From the NCBI GenBank assembly GCA_052426225.1, contig JBNJNM010000008.1, forward strand, positions 1,984,001 through 2,048,000: a stretch of 64,000 bases of DNA. Reading direction: 5' to 3'. Positions within the stretch are counted from its first letter, which is position 1. Each line of letters opens with the position of its first letter. The notes below the pieces were generated by a model. It was not told the origin of the DNA. It did not search any database and saw only the letters and a list, made by a program, of their open reading frames with translations. This stretch comes from Zancudomyces culisetae HAW-14-8. Lineage: Eukaryota; Fungi; Kickxellomycota. The position numbers and the translations under genes were made by a program. Shown here one piece after another: positions 48,380 through 57,881 of this stretch.

Positions 48380-51300
48380 AGCTTCAGAGTTCAAGATAAA
48401 TTGAGTTAAATTTTCACGAGTTCTACGTGATAATTGATAATAAGTATCAAATATATCTTTACTTGCCCAAAATCCTTGTGCAATAACATCGTCGTATGTC
48501 GCACCTAGCTTTGTAGCTCTAGTAGATCCTAATGCTCGAGCTTTTGGTAACTTTGCGCTTTCTGGCAACTGCAAGAGTGACATCAATGAATTAATATGTT
48601 TACTGATTCGTTGTGCCCCAATGTGTTTGTCGTTATACTTTAAGTTGCGGATAAGGTAGTGCAATTGTACTCCATCGAGGATCGAATGGTTTGCAACACT
48701 CGGAAAAGTTGCAATGCGTTTTTTATATGCTCTGTATGTTACTACAGGACATAATTTATAGTCGCTATGTGCGTGGATTATACTGACCTTTTCAATCGGA
48801 TTTCCACTTCGCTTTTCTTTTGGTCCAACAATAACAAATTTAACATAATCTTTATTGATTTCCGTCTTTGAATCATCGATTCGTTCAATGTCAGAAGGTC
48901 TCAAAAATCCACAAATTGCTAGCAACCAACAAAATTTAATTGTTAAATTTTGCTTGCTCATTTTAAAATTTGAACCAAAATTTTTAATATGTTCGATAAT
49001 CGGATTAATATCGTAGTTAGGGTAGTTAAAAGATCGAACTGAAGTTGAATCGAGCTGTTTTAAATAATCAATCATCAAAATATCGCTGCTAAATGTTCGC
49101 CATTCTGCATTAATATCGATGATAGCAGACTTGTAGTTTTTTATAGTACCAACTTTTAAATTGTTACTAATACGATGTTCATCAAGGAAATTGATAACAT
49201 CAACAACTGAAACGTTATTAATATCAAGTTTTGCAGACTCTAACCACTTAATAAACTTTACCTTGATGTTGTAATATTGTTTTTGTTTTGCCATATTTCG
49301 TTTACCAGTTGTCATTAACGTGATAACTGAATCTTTTAAACCCGTTTTATCAAGGCGTGCGCGCTTAATTTCCAAGCCGTAAGCGACCATGTTTTGTTTA
49401 TCTGTGTCACTTGCTTTCCGCTTTTTGGATCCGGAATTATCTGTGGAGCTAATATCTTGATCGGTGGAGCTATTAGCATGCTCTTGAGATCTGGATACCA
49501 TGGTGCTGACCTCCAAAACGGTGTTATCAATGTCGCTGATACTTTGTCCTGTCTGATCTTCTGTAGTGTTTTCTGTATCAGATTCCATGGTGGACAAAGG
49601 TATGGATTCGTCCAAATGCTCCAATGATGATTGAATGCATTCGTTTTCGCTGCTCCTGGTGTCCATTTCCAACTCACAAATGTTGGTAGTTTGTGGTTGT
49701 TGTTGTTGGCAAACATGTCCACATCGTGTGGACCAAACTGTTTCTGTATCTTCTGAAACATCTTGTCTGATAGTGACCACTCTGTTTGAGCTGTTAAACG
49801 TGATGGTGCATCCGCTGGATTCAGTATTGATGGCACATACTGAATCTGAACCCGAGTGCCATTGCTGATGCAATGTTTCCAAATTGCTTCCGAAATGTCC
49901 ATCAGATTCACTGATTTGGTTCCCCCATGCTTCTTGATGTAGCTGATTGAAGTGTTGTTGTCGCAATATACAACGACACTCTTTCCCTGAACCTGCGGCA
50001 GCTTCACTGCATACTGGATTGCTAATAATTCCTTCGCATTGATAGGGAGCTTCATCTGTTGTCGTGTCCATGTCCCCGTATACTGATTGCTGTCTATCAC
50101 TATCCCCCAGTGATTGTCGCTTGCATCCGTATATACTTCTATCTCTGGGATCTCCGGAAGGAAGCATAGACCATTCCATTGCTTCAGATGGTCCCTCCAC
50201 CACGTCAGATTGTCCAGTGCGGGCTGATTCAGTGTTACTTGTGAACTCCAATCCGTGGTGCGTTTCAGAGTGTTGTTTTTGAGCTCTAACAACCTCCTGC
50301 TCATCAGTCGTCCCGGTCTGAGTGCTATATTCACTGCCTGTGTTTTGCCAATGAATGATGCCAGATCCTTCAGTGTTGTACACCCTTTGTGTATCAACCT
50401 GGATGCCTCTCTCGCTAAATCTTTGAGTTTCTGTTTGGGTATCTTGAAACTCATCTGACGGCTGTTGATGTCCATCCCAAGATGCGTAATACATTGTTTG
50501 GGATGTATTGATGACTTTTCCTGGTTGATCAGGAATCCCAGTTTCACCAGTTTCTTGGAAACCATATTTGTGAACTTTAGACACTCTGTTTTTGTTGATC
50601 CTAAGATTAACAAATCGTCTAAGTAGCTCGACATTCGTATCCCGCGAGCTCTGGCCCATTTCAGTACTGGTTTTAGTATTTTTGTGAATACTAGTGGGCT
50701 TAAAGATAGACCAAATGGGAGCACCCTGTACTGGTAGGTGCGACCGCCCCATGTAAACCTGAGATACTTTCTGGACGTTTTGTTGATCAATACGTGTAGA
50801 AATGCATCGCTGAGGTCTATGCTGGTCATATAATCCCCTTTGCGGATCATTCTGGAGATAGTTGTGAGCGACTCCATCTTGAAATGTCGCTGTGGGATGT
50901 ACTGATTTAACGGTCTTAAATTCAGTACCATCCGCGTGCCTCCGTTCTTCTTTGGGATTGTAAACGGATTTGAGTAGAACCCTGGCTGCGCGGATGAAGC
51001 TTCCTCTATTGCTTTCTTTGACAGGAGGTTTGCTATCTCCTGTTCGACCACTTTTTCTGGAAGCTTTTTCAAGTTGTAACCTAACGGTTTTTTCTGCTTG
51101 ACCGTCGGTGGATGCGTTTTGAAGGGGATTCTGAACCCATCTGAGATCACTTGGAGTATCCATTTGTGATCTGTGAGGCGCATCCAAGCCTCCTGGAACA
51201 TCCTCAGTCTCCCTCCTACTTTCGGTGTTTGCTGCTGTTTGCAAACCGAAAATTACCGCCAGTAGCAGCGGATTTGTGTTGTCGTTGTTGTTGGATCTGC

Positions 51301-52087
51301 TGCGGCTCTGCTTGAATATTCTGGTTAACTGATGGCTGAAACGGAATGCTTGGGAAGGTCCTGGTTGCGTTGAATCTTGGTCTTCTCTGCTGCACATTTT
51401 TTGTTGCACGCTGCAATGTATTTGCTGCTGCTTTAACTTCGAGCATCTGCTGTATGTCCACGAGAGGCTTCCTTGATGTTGAAACCATTTCTGGAGGATC
51501 TGATGGTACTCCTGAGGCTTTGTATGACAGTTTGATTCTTTGTTGCGTGATATTGGATGCAACATCCGCAAGTAAAACTCTGATTGAGTTGATAAAAACT
51601 GAAAGTTTTTCGGCACTGATTGCTCCTCCGTCACGGATTGCTTCGTGCATGAAGTAATCCAAAGGTCTTGTAACGGCTGATAAACGGTACTGGATGTCAT
51701 ATAACATCGCATCAGTACGTTTATTGTCACCTGATAACTTGATGTTTTCCTCTGGTGGTTCATAATCCATGCCAGAGTTTCTTGGGATGGCTGCGTAAAA
51801 CTTCTTGCGTTCGACATCTGCCAGTGGTGTCCAAAAGAAATCCTGTTCAACTGTTGGTAGCGCCTTTTGCAGTTTTGGATACATGACCAGGTCTGATGGT
51901 GTTGGTCTGGGAACCACGAAGTTTTCAACTGAATCATCGTCGACTGCATCAACGATTGATGGAGCAGTGATGTTTGCTGAATCACTGATTTCTGATACTG
52001 ACATGTGATCATTTGGTGCGGTTTGTTTTTCAAGAGCTGATAATCTCTCCAAAATCTGTTGCAAAACTTCAACTGTAACGTTTGCAT
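48374..52087 (-). CDS. Tyrosine-recombinase ORF (1237 aa; YR in the last ~340 aa, the rest overprints gag and RT)
   Basis: GFLRPSDI, PKEK, LCPV, KARALGST, GFWASKDIFDTYY. Real ATG at 52087. Confidence 0.85.
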   Translation of the reverse strand: MQTLQLKFCNRFWRDYQLLKNKPHQMITCQYQKSVIQQTSLLHQSLMQSTMIQLKTSWFPDQHHQTWSCIQNCKRRYQQLNRISFGHHWQMSNARSFTQPSQETLAWIMNHQRKTSSYQVTINVLMRCYMTSSTVYQPLQDLWITSCTKQSVTEEQSVPKNFQFLSTQSEFYLRMLHPISRNKESNCHTKPQEYHQILQKWFQHQGSLSWTYSRCSKLKQQQIHCSVQQKMCSREDQDSTQPGPSQAFRFSHQLTRIFKQSRSRSNNNDNTNPLLLAVIFGLQTAANTESRRETEDVPGGLDAPHRSQMDTPSDLRWVQNPLQNASTDGQAEKTVRLQLEKASRKSGRTGDSKPPVKESNRGSFIRAARVLLKSVYNPKEERRHADGTEFKTVKSVHPTATFQDGVAHNYLQNDPQRGLYDQHRPQRCISTRIDQQNVQKVSQVYMGRSHLPVQGAPIWSIFKPTSIHKNTKTSTEMGQSSRDTNVELLRRFVNLRINKNRVSKVHKYGFQETGETGIPDQPGKVINTSQTMYYASWDGHQQPSDEFQDTQTETQRFSERGIQVDTQRVYNTEGSGIIHWQNTGSEYSTQTGTTDEQEVVRAQKQHSETHHGLEFTSNTESARTGQSDVVEGPSEAMEWSMLPSGDPRDRSIYGCKRQSLGDSDRQQSVYGDMDTTTDEAPYQCEGIISNPVCSEAAAGSGKECRCILRQQHFNQLHQEAWGNQISESDGHFGSNLETLHQQWHSGSDSVCAINTESSGCTITFNSSNRVVTIRQDVSEDTETVWSTRCGHVCQQQQPQTTNICELEMDTRSSENECIQSSLEHLDESIPLSTMESDTENTTEDQTGQSISDIDNTVLEVSTMVSRSQEHANSSTDQDISSTDNSGSKKRKASDTDKQNMVAYGLEIKRARLDKTGLKDSVITLMTTGKRNMAKQKQYYNIKVKFIKWLESAKLDINNVSVVDVINFLDEHRISNNLKVGTIKNYKSAIIDINAEWRTFSSDILMIDYLKQLDSTSVRSFNYPNYDINPIIEHIKNFGSNFKMSKQNLTIKFCWLLAICGFLRPSDIERIDDSKTEINKDYVKFVIVGPKEKRSGNPIEKVSIIHAHSDYKLCPVVTYRAYKKRIATFPSVANHSILDGVQLHYLIRNLKYNDKHIGAQRISKHINSLMSLLQLPESAKLPKARALGSTRATKLGATYDDVIAQGFWASKDIFDTYYQLSRRTRENLTQFILNSEAT
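49336..51201 (-). CDS. DIRS RT-RNase H with C-terminal Dam-like methyltransferase domain (frame open from 51252)
   Basis: SIDLSDAFLH, LPFGLSLSP, YLDD; TDAS, INAKEL, CDN, NPADAPSR; DVDMFA...YLCPPW. Confidence 0.95.
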   Translation of the reverse strand: MFQEAWMRLTDHKWILQVISDGFRIPFKTHPPTVKQKKPLGYNLKKLPEKVVEQEIANLLSKKAIEEASSAQPGFYSNPFTIPKKNGGTRMVLNLRPLNQYIPQRHFKMESLTTISRMIRKGDYMTSIDLSDAFLHVLINKTSRKYLRFTWGGRTYQYRVLPFGLSLSPLVFTKILKPVLKWARARGIRMSSYLDDLLILGSTKTECLKFTNMVSKKLVKLGFLINQEKSSIHPKQCITHLGMDINSRQMSFKIPKQKLKDLAREASRLIHKGCTTLKDLASFIGKTQAVNIALRPGRLMSRRLLELKNNTLKRTTDWSSQVTLNQPALDNLTWWRDHLKQWNGLCFLPEIPEIEVYTDASDNHWGIVIDSNQYTGTWTRQQMKLPINAKELLAIQYAVKLPQVQGKSVVVYCDNNTSISYIKKHGGTKSVNLMDISEAIWKHCISNGTRVQIQYVPSILNPADAPSRLTAQTEWSLSDKMFQKIQKQFGPHDVDMFANNNNHKLPTFVSWKWTPGAAKTNAFNHHWSIWTNPYLCPPWNLIQKTLQKIRQDKVSATLITPFWRSAPWYPDLKSMLIAPPIKILAPQIIPDPKSGKQVTQINKTWSLTAWKLSAHALIKRV

Positions 52088-52097
52088 TTTGACTCAT
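51216..52097 (-). CDS. DIRS gag-like ORF1
   Basis: First ORF after the 5' ITR; DAMLYDIQYRLSAVTRPLD helix and Q/R-rich tail. Confidence 0.85.
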   Translation of the reverse strand: MSQNANVTVEVLQQILERLSALEKQTAPNDHMSVSEISDSANITAPSIVDAVDDDSVENFVVPRPTPSDLVMYPKLQKALPTVEQDFFWTPLADVERKKFYAAIPRNSGMDYEPPEENIKLSGDNKRTDAMLYDIQYRLSAVTRPLDYFMHEAIRDGGAISAEKLSVFINSIRVLLADVASNITQQRIKLSYKASGVPSDPPEMVSTSRKPLVDIQQMLEVKAAANTLQRATKNVQQRRPRFNATRTFPSIPFQPSVNQNIQAEPQQIQQQRQHKSAATGGNFRFANSSKHRK

Positions 52098-52174
52098 TAT
52101 TGAAAATTTAACTAATGACTTTTATAAATACTATGTATTTTTTATAAGCTGGTTGAGTACCTAGCGAAAGAAAA

Positions 52175-52462
52175 GATGGTGAAGATTCATCAGGTAACAG
52201 GGGACATCAGTTTATATATGGTTTAAATTTATTTTATTTAGTTAGTTTTACTTATTTTATAAAAATTATACAGTGATGTCTGTCATTACACACATCATTA
52301 CGTATAAAGTTTCTAAATTTAAACACTCTTTTTATCGATTTAATTTTTTACCAAATTTTAAGGTAATGGATTAATCGATAAAAATAGTATCTAGGAAAGA
52401 ATTTTCGATTTATAATAAAGATTGGTACACACATAATTGTATCTGGATAAGTGAAGCATAAT
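52175..52462. repeat. DIRS 5' ITR with ~14 nt terminal extension
   Basis: Inverted copy of 47977-48250; the extension AAGTGAAGCATAAT is matched in the ICR. Confidence 0.93.
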
Positions 52463-52734
52463 GGCGATTAAAGCAGTATTCTCGCTTTATGTTTTGGCAT
52501 AAATACAATACTTTTTCTTGTTTGCTTCTCATCTGTTATTTCTAAGTCCATCAACTAATATCAACCTCTTTTTCTTTTCTTTCCTTTTCTTATATCTCTT
52601 CCTTTTTTTCAAAGAAAAAAAAAGCGAGGGAAGATAGTTTTTTCTTTAATAACCAACTGATAATTTATTAAGTTATAGATAGTTTACTATTTACCAAATT
52701 TATCTTGAAAACATATATCAAGCAATAGCGAAAA

Positions 52735-54285
52735 ATGAATGACGTTGTATTACCTACGGTTTTTTCGTCACCTGAACGAGCTCAGTTACAAAGTTATCTA
52801 ACATCATCAGACGCGAATGGTCTAAGCAAAGAAACTGAAAAGTACATGCTCAAGGGCTCCCCTTGCTATGGTGGTGGTGGTGCTAAAGGAATCAAAATGG
52901 CAGAAAAATTTGAAAAATACGCGAATGGCACTGTAGACACAAAGTCCTTGGATTCTCCAAGCAAAAACAGCAGCAGGTTGAACTATGACAGATTCATTCC
53001 AAGCCAGTACAACATAGATATCAAATCAAATCATTACAGCCTTGCAGCCCAGAAAAGTGAGGTAAAGCTTGATACCAGAGCCATGGCGCAGCAGGACGAG
53101 CTGGCACGGGCATGTGGGATCAAGGTTGGCCAAAAAATACTTACTTTTGGCACGGAGGCTCCTGTCTGTGACAGAGAGGATTTCAAAAAACTGTACACTA
53201 GCAAAGCCAAAAAGCTCCACACTGGCATAAATAATAAACGGAGAATACTCACTAGCGCAGAGCAAGTGCTGGATGCACCCGGTTTGGTTGACGACTATTA
53301 CTTGAATTTGTTAGACTGGTCGGTTGACAACATGTTGGCGATAGGACTGGAAAGGAATGTCTATTTATGGGATGCAAGCAGCGGAGAAGTGACCAGTTTA
53401 TGCGAAACAAGTGGCCCCAGCAACACAGTTTGCAGTCTGCAATGGACAAATGATGGCGAATACCTAGCAGTTGGAAACAGCGAGGGAGTTATCGAGCTGT
53501 GGGATGTAAACAACAAAAAGAAGATGCGGAGTATGAAGGGTCGACTGACAAGGGTAGGGGTACTATCGTGGAATAACCACATACTTAGCAGCGGAGGGCA
53601 AGATGGGTGCATTTGGAACCATGATGTAAGAGTGGCTAAACATAAAGTTGCAGAACTAGTTTCGCATACAGGCGAGGTTTGTGGATTGAAATGGCGCGAA
53701 GATGGTGGGTTGCTGGCAAGTGGAGGAAATGATAATATGGTGAATGTATGGGATATCCGGTCAAGTGTGCCGCGGTTCACAAAATCTGACCACACTGCGG
53801 CCGTCAAGGCGATAGCATGGAGTCCTCACCAACCAAATGTTTTGGCAACCGGTGGAGGAAGCAACGATAAATTTATAAGGTTTTGGAACACCACCACTGC
53901 AGCCCAGCTCGGCAATATCAATACAGGATCTCAAGTCACATCGCTGGTATGGTCCAAACACTACAAGGAAATAGCATCTACACATGGCTATCCAGATAAC
54001 GTAGTGACCTTGTGGAGCTATCCTGATTTGAGCAAAATTATTGATATTCCAGCCCACGACACACGAATTTTACACAGCTCAATATCGCCAGACGGCCAGG
54101 TGCTTGCTACACTAGCAAGCGATGAGAATCTAAAGTTCTGGAGGCTATTTGAGAACACCAAAAAGGGTGCTTCCAATACCAGAGGCGCTCACAGTGATGG
54201 GGCTAAACAGGCAGGTGCTGGTTGGGGTAAAGGCGAGAACACCTACCACCCTTATAAACGCAATGTGATGTCAATGTACAGATAA
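52735..54285 (+). CDS. CDC20: APC/C activator Cdc20 (WD40)
   Basis: C-box YDRFIP, Mad2-interaction-like KILTF, VLDAPGLVDDYYLNLLDWS, ASGGNDN, DENLKFW. Confidence 0.93.
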   Translation: MNDVVLPTVFSSPERAQLQSYLTSSDANGLSKETEKYMLKGSPCYGGGGAKGIKMAEKFEKYANGTVDTKSLDSPSKNSSRLNYDRFIPSQYNIDIKSNHYSLAAQKSEVKLDTRAMAQQDELARACGIKVGQKILTFGTEAPVCDREDFKKLYTSKAKKLHTGINNKRRILTSAEQVLDAPGLVDDYYLNLLDWSVDNMLAIGLERNVYLWDASSGEVTSLCETSGPSNTVCSLQWTNDGEYLAVGNSEGVIELWDVNNKKKMRSMKGRLTRVGVLSWNNHILSSGGQDGCIWNHDVRVAKHKVAELVSHTGEVCGLKWREDGGLLASGGNDNMVNVWDIRSSVPRFTKSDHTAAVKAIAWSPHQPNVLATGGGSNDKFIRFWNTTTAAQLGNINTGSQVTSLVWSKHYKEIASTHGYPDNVVTLWSYPDLSKIIDIPAHDTRILHSSISPDGQVLATLASDENLKFWRLFENTKKGASNTRGAHSDGAKQAGAGWGKGENTYHPYKRNVMSMYR

Positions 54286-54509
54286 ATTTCTACTACTCTA
54301 CTGTCTGTGATAATCTGATTTATACTGCTTTATTTTCTTTCTTCCCTATCTCTTTTTTTTTTTTCAGCAGGTAGTTTTGTAAAATGTGAAAAAATGATTT
54401 TTCAACATGTATTTTTGATACTAGTACGAAGATAAATAAAATACTTTAGAACTTGGGGTTTAAATAAGCATATATAACATAGAACAAATGTTCAGAGGTA
54501 CACGGGTGA

Positions 54510-55904
54510 CTAGTTGAGCCAGGGATGTCTCAGCATTTCCTCAGCACTGGCTCTTTTCAAAGGGTTGACGTCCAACATGGGTAACAAAAAGTTGGCGAAG
54601 GCTACAGAATCCGATCTAGAGAACCTGTACTCTTCATGAAGAATTTCTTCGAGACTCAGTGGGTTGAGCGTTTTTATGTGCCGCAGCTCGCCCCGTTTGT
54701 TGAAGAACTCACTGGAGTATGAACCACTGACAGCAAGGCGCTTTGGAATTGGTCCAATAGTCTCGATAATCTGGGCCAAGTGATCATCGTCCTTGTTGTA
54801 CCTGGCGCCAGACCGAGGCTCGAATAAGTATTCGCCGGTTAACAGCTCAAAAATCATACAGGCGCAGCTCCATATGTCTGCAGAGGAGTTCCAGGGTGCA
54901 CCAATAATGACCTCTGGGGATCGATACTGGCGTGTTTGAATATCTTCGGTAAAGTGGCGTTCTATCCACGTGGCGTTTCCCAGATCGGCTATTTTGAATT
55001 GTAATGAAGAAGGTTTTTGGTTGCTTCGAGAACCATTGTTCGAGTCTGGTACTGCAGCACTGCCATCAGTTTCCGAAGTGCCTGATCCTCCTGTCGTAGA
55101 AATCTGGTTGGGTTCTGTAGAATCCTTGACATCGGTTTCCATGTGATTATTAGATGTAATGCTTGGATCTCCCAGTTTTATTTCATTCATGTTCCTAACT
55201 AAAGAGTTGGAGTGCTCACCAGAATTGCGTGCCAAATTATGTTCGCTTCTAGCTGGTGACCTTCCTATCTGTTTTCGGATCACATCTTCCACGTTCTCAA
55301 TACACACCAACACATTTTCAGGCTTCAGATCTGTATGGATCATCCTACATGGTCCATGTAGATAGCTCAACCCCTCAAGTATCTGTCTGGCAACCTGCCG
55401 AACAATATGCATTGGAAGTCCATTTCTATTCCCACCTCCACCTCTACCCTCACCTCCACCATTACTACCGTTACCTAGACTTGTAAAGTTCTTTGCATTG
55501 CGCAGTAAACACAGCAGATTCTCTCCAAGCACTTCAAATACCATACACACGTGGACACCATTGGGCCCCTTGTGCTCAAAATGGTCTATTAGTAGCACAA
55601 CATGCTTGTATCCTCGGTGTGTTGGTGACGATGTTGCTGCTCTTTCACATAACTGAATTTCATCATTTGCTGCCTCTGTATATCTTTTTGCTGATTTTAC
55701 TATTTTGAGTGCCACGTGGTTATCATTTTGTTTGTCATACGCCAGCCACACAGTAGAAAAATGCCCCCATCCTAGCTTTCTAATTATTTCATATCGACCA
55801 TCTTTAAACTTTTCGCCTATCCTCACTGGATGATATCCTCCGAGTCGATAGTCTTCAATGTCCTCCTCGTCTTCCCCGCTACTATGATATTCGGTTTTTT
55901 TCAT
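54510..55904 (-). CDS. SKY1: SR-protein kinase (Sky1/Dsk1/SRPK); a short upstream exon near 56026-56095 is possible
   Basis: GGYHPV, KLGWGHFSTVWLA, HTDLKPEN, spacer, KIADLGNA, DIQTRQYRSPE, DDDHLAQIIE. Confidence 0.95.
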   Translation of the reverse strand: MKKTEYHSSGEDEEDIEDYRLGGYHPVRIGEKFKDGRYEIIRKLGWGHFSTVWLAYDKQNDNHVALKIVKSAKRYTEAANDEIQLCERAATSSPTHRGYKHVVLLIDHFEHKGPNGVHVCMVFEVLGENLLCLLRNAKNFTSLGNGSNGGGEGRGGGGNRNGLPMHIVRQVARQILEGLSYLHGPCRMIHTDLKPENVLVCIENVEDVIRKQIGRSPARSEHNLARNSGEHSNSLVRNMNEIKLGDPSITSNNHMETDVKDSTEPNQISTTGGSGTSETDGSAAVPDSNNGSRSNQKPSSLQFKIADLGNATWIERHFTEDIQTRQYRSPEVIIGAPWNSSADIWSCACMIFELLTGEYLFEPRSGARYNKDDDHLAQIIETIGPIPKRLAVSGSYSSEFFNKRGELRHIKTLNPLSLEEILHEEYRFSRSDSVAFANFLLPMLDVNPLKRASAEEMLRHPWLN

Positions 55905-57881
55905 TTCCTCTTTGCCTAAATTCCAGTATTATCTCGATTATCACACACACATTCGTACCATTCTAAGGGATTTCTCTCACAGTTATATATAAAGTATTCA
56001 GAATATAGAACACTAAGGTACTTACTCTTGCTGGTACCAGAAGCTTTGTCGTTTTCATTAGCGTAATTCCCCTCTTTGCTTTCTTTTCGTGTGCTGTTTT
56101 TAAGATTTTTACAAAAATAAGTAAATTAAAACGCTGTAGTATATTGATGATATCCAAGATAGATCTCACAATAAACATAGAACACTCCCGCATAGTATAT
56201 TTATAAGCTGGGAATTAAAAGTATCCAAAGAGAAAATCTAACTAGTTACCTTTTTCCTTTACTGCTATAGCTGTTTAAATTGCTCTGTTTAAGCAAGGAA
56301 TTCTGAGTTTTTTGGATTTTTTTTTCGAGTGCCCTCCGCTTTGCTGTTTGCACATGACCTATATCCAGTACAGTTTAGGAAATGTAAATATACAGGCGTT
56401 CAACGCTTGAAAAAATGCAATGCAATTGCTTTAGTGGCTTACCCATTGTTATATTTACAATTTCTATAATCCTCTAGGTGCTAGATTCTTTATAAAAACG
56501 TGTTTCTAGTGCTTATACACAACTTATGTCCCTTTAAATATACTATGTATATATCAATGCATTAACATATACTCAGTCATGTACATTTATTCCTCCTCAA
56601 ACTAGGATGTGCATGCTCAAATTAATACTTTTTTTTTTAATGATTTTACGCATTTAACTAATAACCATCGGGATTTTGCTCAAATTCTAAAGAAAAAAAT
56701 TTTTTTTTCGCTATAGCAGGTATACGCTTTAAACGAAACATCAAATTAAAGCTGCTTTAGCTGTTATTTAATCGCAAACGCGAGAATAAGTAAAACAATG
56801 TATAGTTTGCGGTGGCATTTAGATTTTGTACAACGTGAAAGTCAGCAGGGAGAGATCCATTCAACTTGAGAATATCCAGGATATTTATTGAGTCAAATAA
56901 ACCTCAAAGTATATCACTTGCAATCAATGTTTTGTTTGCATGGTTATTACCATGGTCCAGAGCTCTGCATGATTTTATGTTTAGATCTCACAGAGGAACA
57001 TGCGATTGAAGACTATTGCGTGAGCACTTTGCATATATTTAACCAACCCACAACTAATTAGTAGTGTTCTTGTAGGAGAAATATTCTCAGAATGAATACT
57101 CTCGATATGTATAAACATCGCCCAGCCACTGCTTTTTTTTTTATGAGTACACCGACAGTGATATTGTTTTTTAAAATTTTTAGCGTCTCTCTCTCTCCAA
57201 TATACATATATGTGTATATATAAACCGAGATTGGCATTCAATAATCAAGTAAGCACAACAACGCATACATGAGAATGCTGAAGCGGACTTGAAAACACTT
57301 TATATTCCGAAACTTACCACGGCTGTGGATAAATGGCAGCCTATCTTGTACGTAATGCGCATAAAAAAAAGATTTCAGTCATAGAAAGTGGTTGCTTTGA
57401 TATCACTACCTTTCCATCATTCTACAAAAAGAAAATGTTGTAATACTAACACCATAACGTTTCAAATCTTTAGTTGGTTTGTTTAGCCTACCAAAGCTTG
57501 ATCATGTTCAGGGTTGATAAGTACACACAAAAGCACGTATAAATACGCAGGACGGTGATCTCTGCTCAATGATATACCTCCCCTCCCCCCAGTTGACAGT
57601 CAATATACTACTCACATGTGCTTCATATCCAATTCCAACTCTAAATTTTCAGTTTTCACCATCTCCCCTTCATCTCAAAAAAGTGTTTACTGCCTTTTCT
57701 TTTATTTATTAAAAGCAATAAAGATAAAAGCTAATCTTTACATTGAACACAATATCCCAAACGCCGTGATGCTAATTCCTATGTATTTATCACCAGATAC
57801 GCAAACCGATTGACTAAACCAACAAAAAAAAACCAGCAAAAGGAATCCCAACAGAATTGCTCAAATTCGAGGAAGCAAGAA

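Larger units (their letters stand above)
47929..52462 (-). mobile_element. Full-length DIRS1-like tyrosine-recombinase retrotransposon
   Basis: Inverted terminal repeats, terminal extensions, internal complementary region, gag, RT/RNase H/MT and YR ORFs. No TSD. Confidence 0.96.

Noticed and set aside
7109-55904. Splicing-gene cluster (SF3A2, SF3B3, SRPK)
   Set aside because: Spread over ~49 kb among unrelated genes; plausibly chance in a compact genome.
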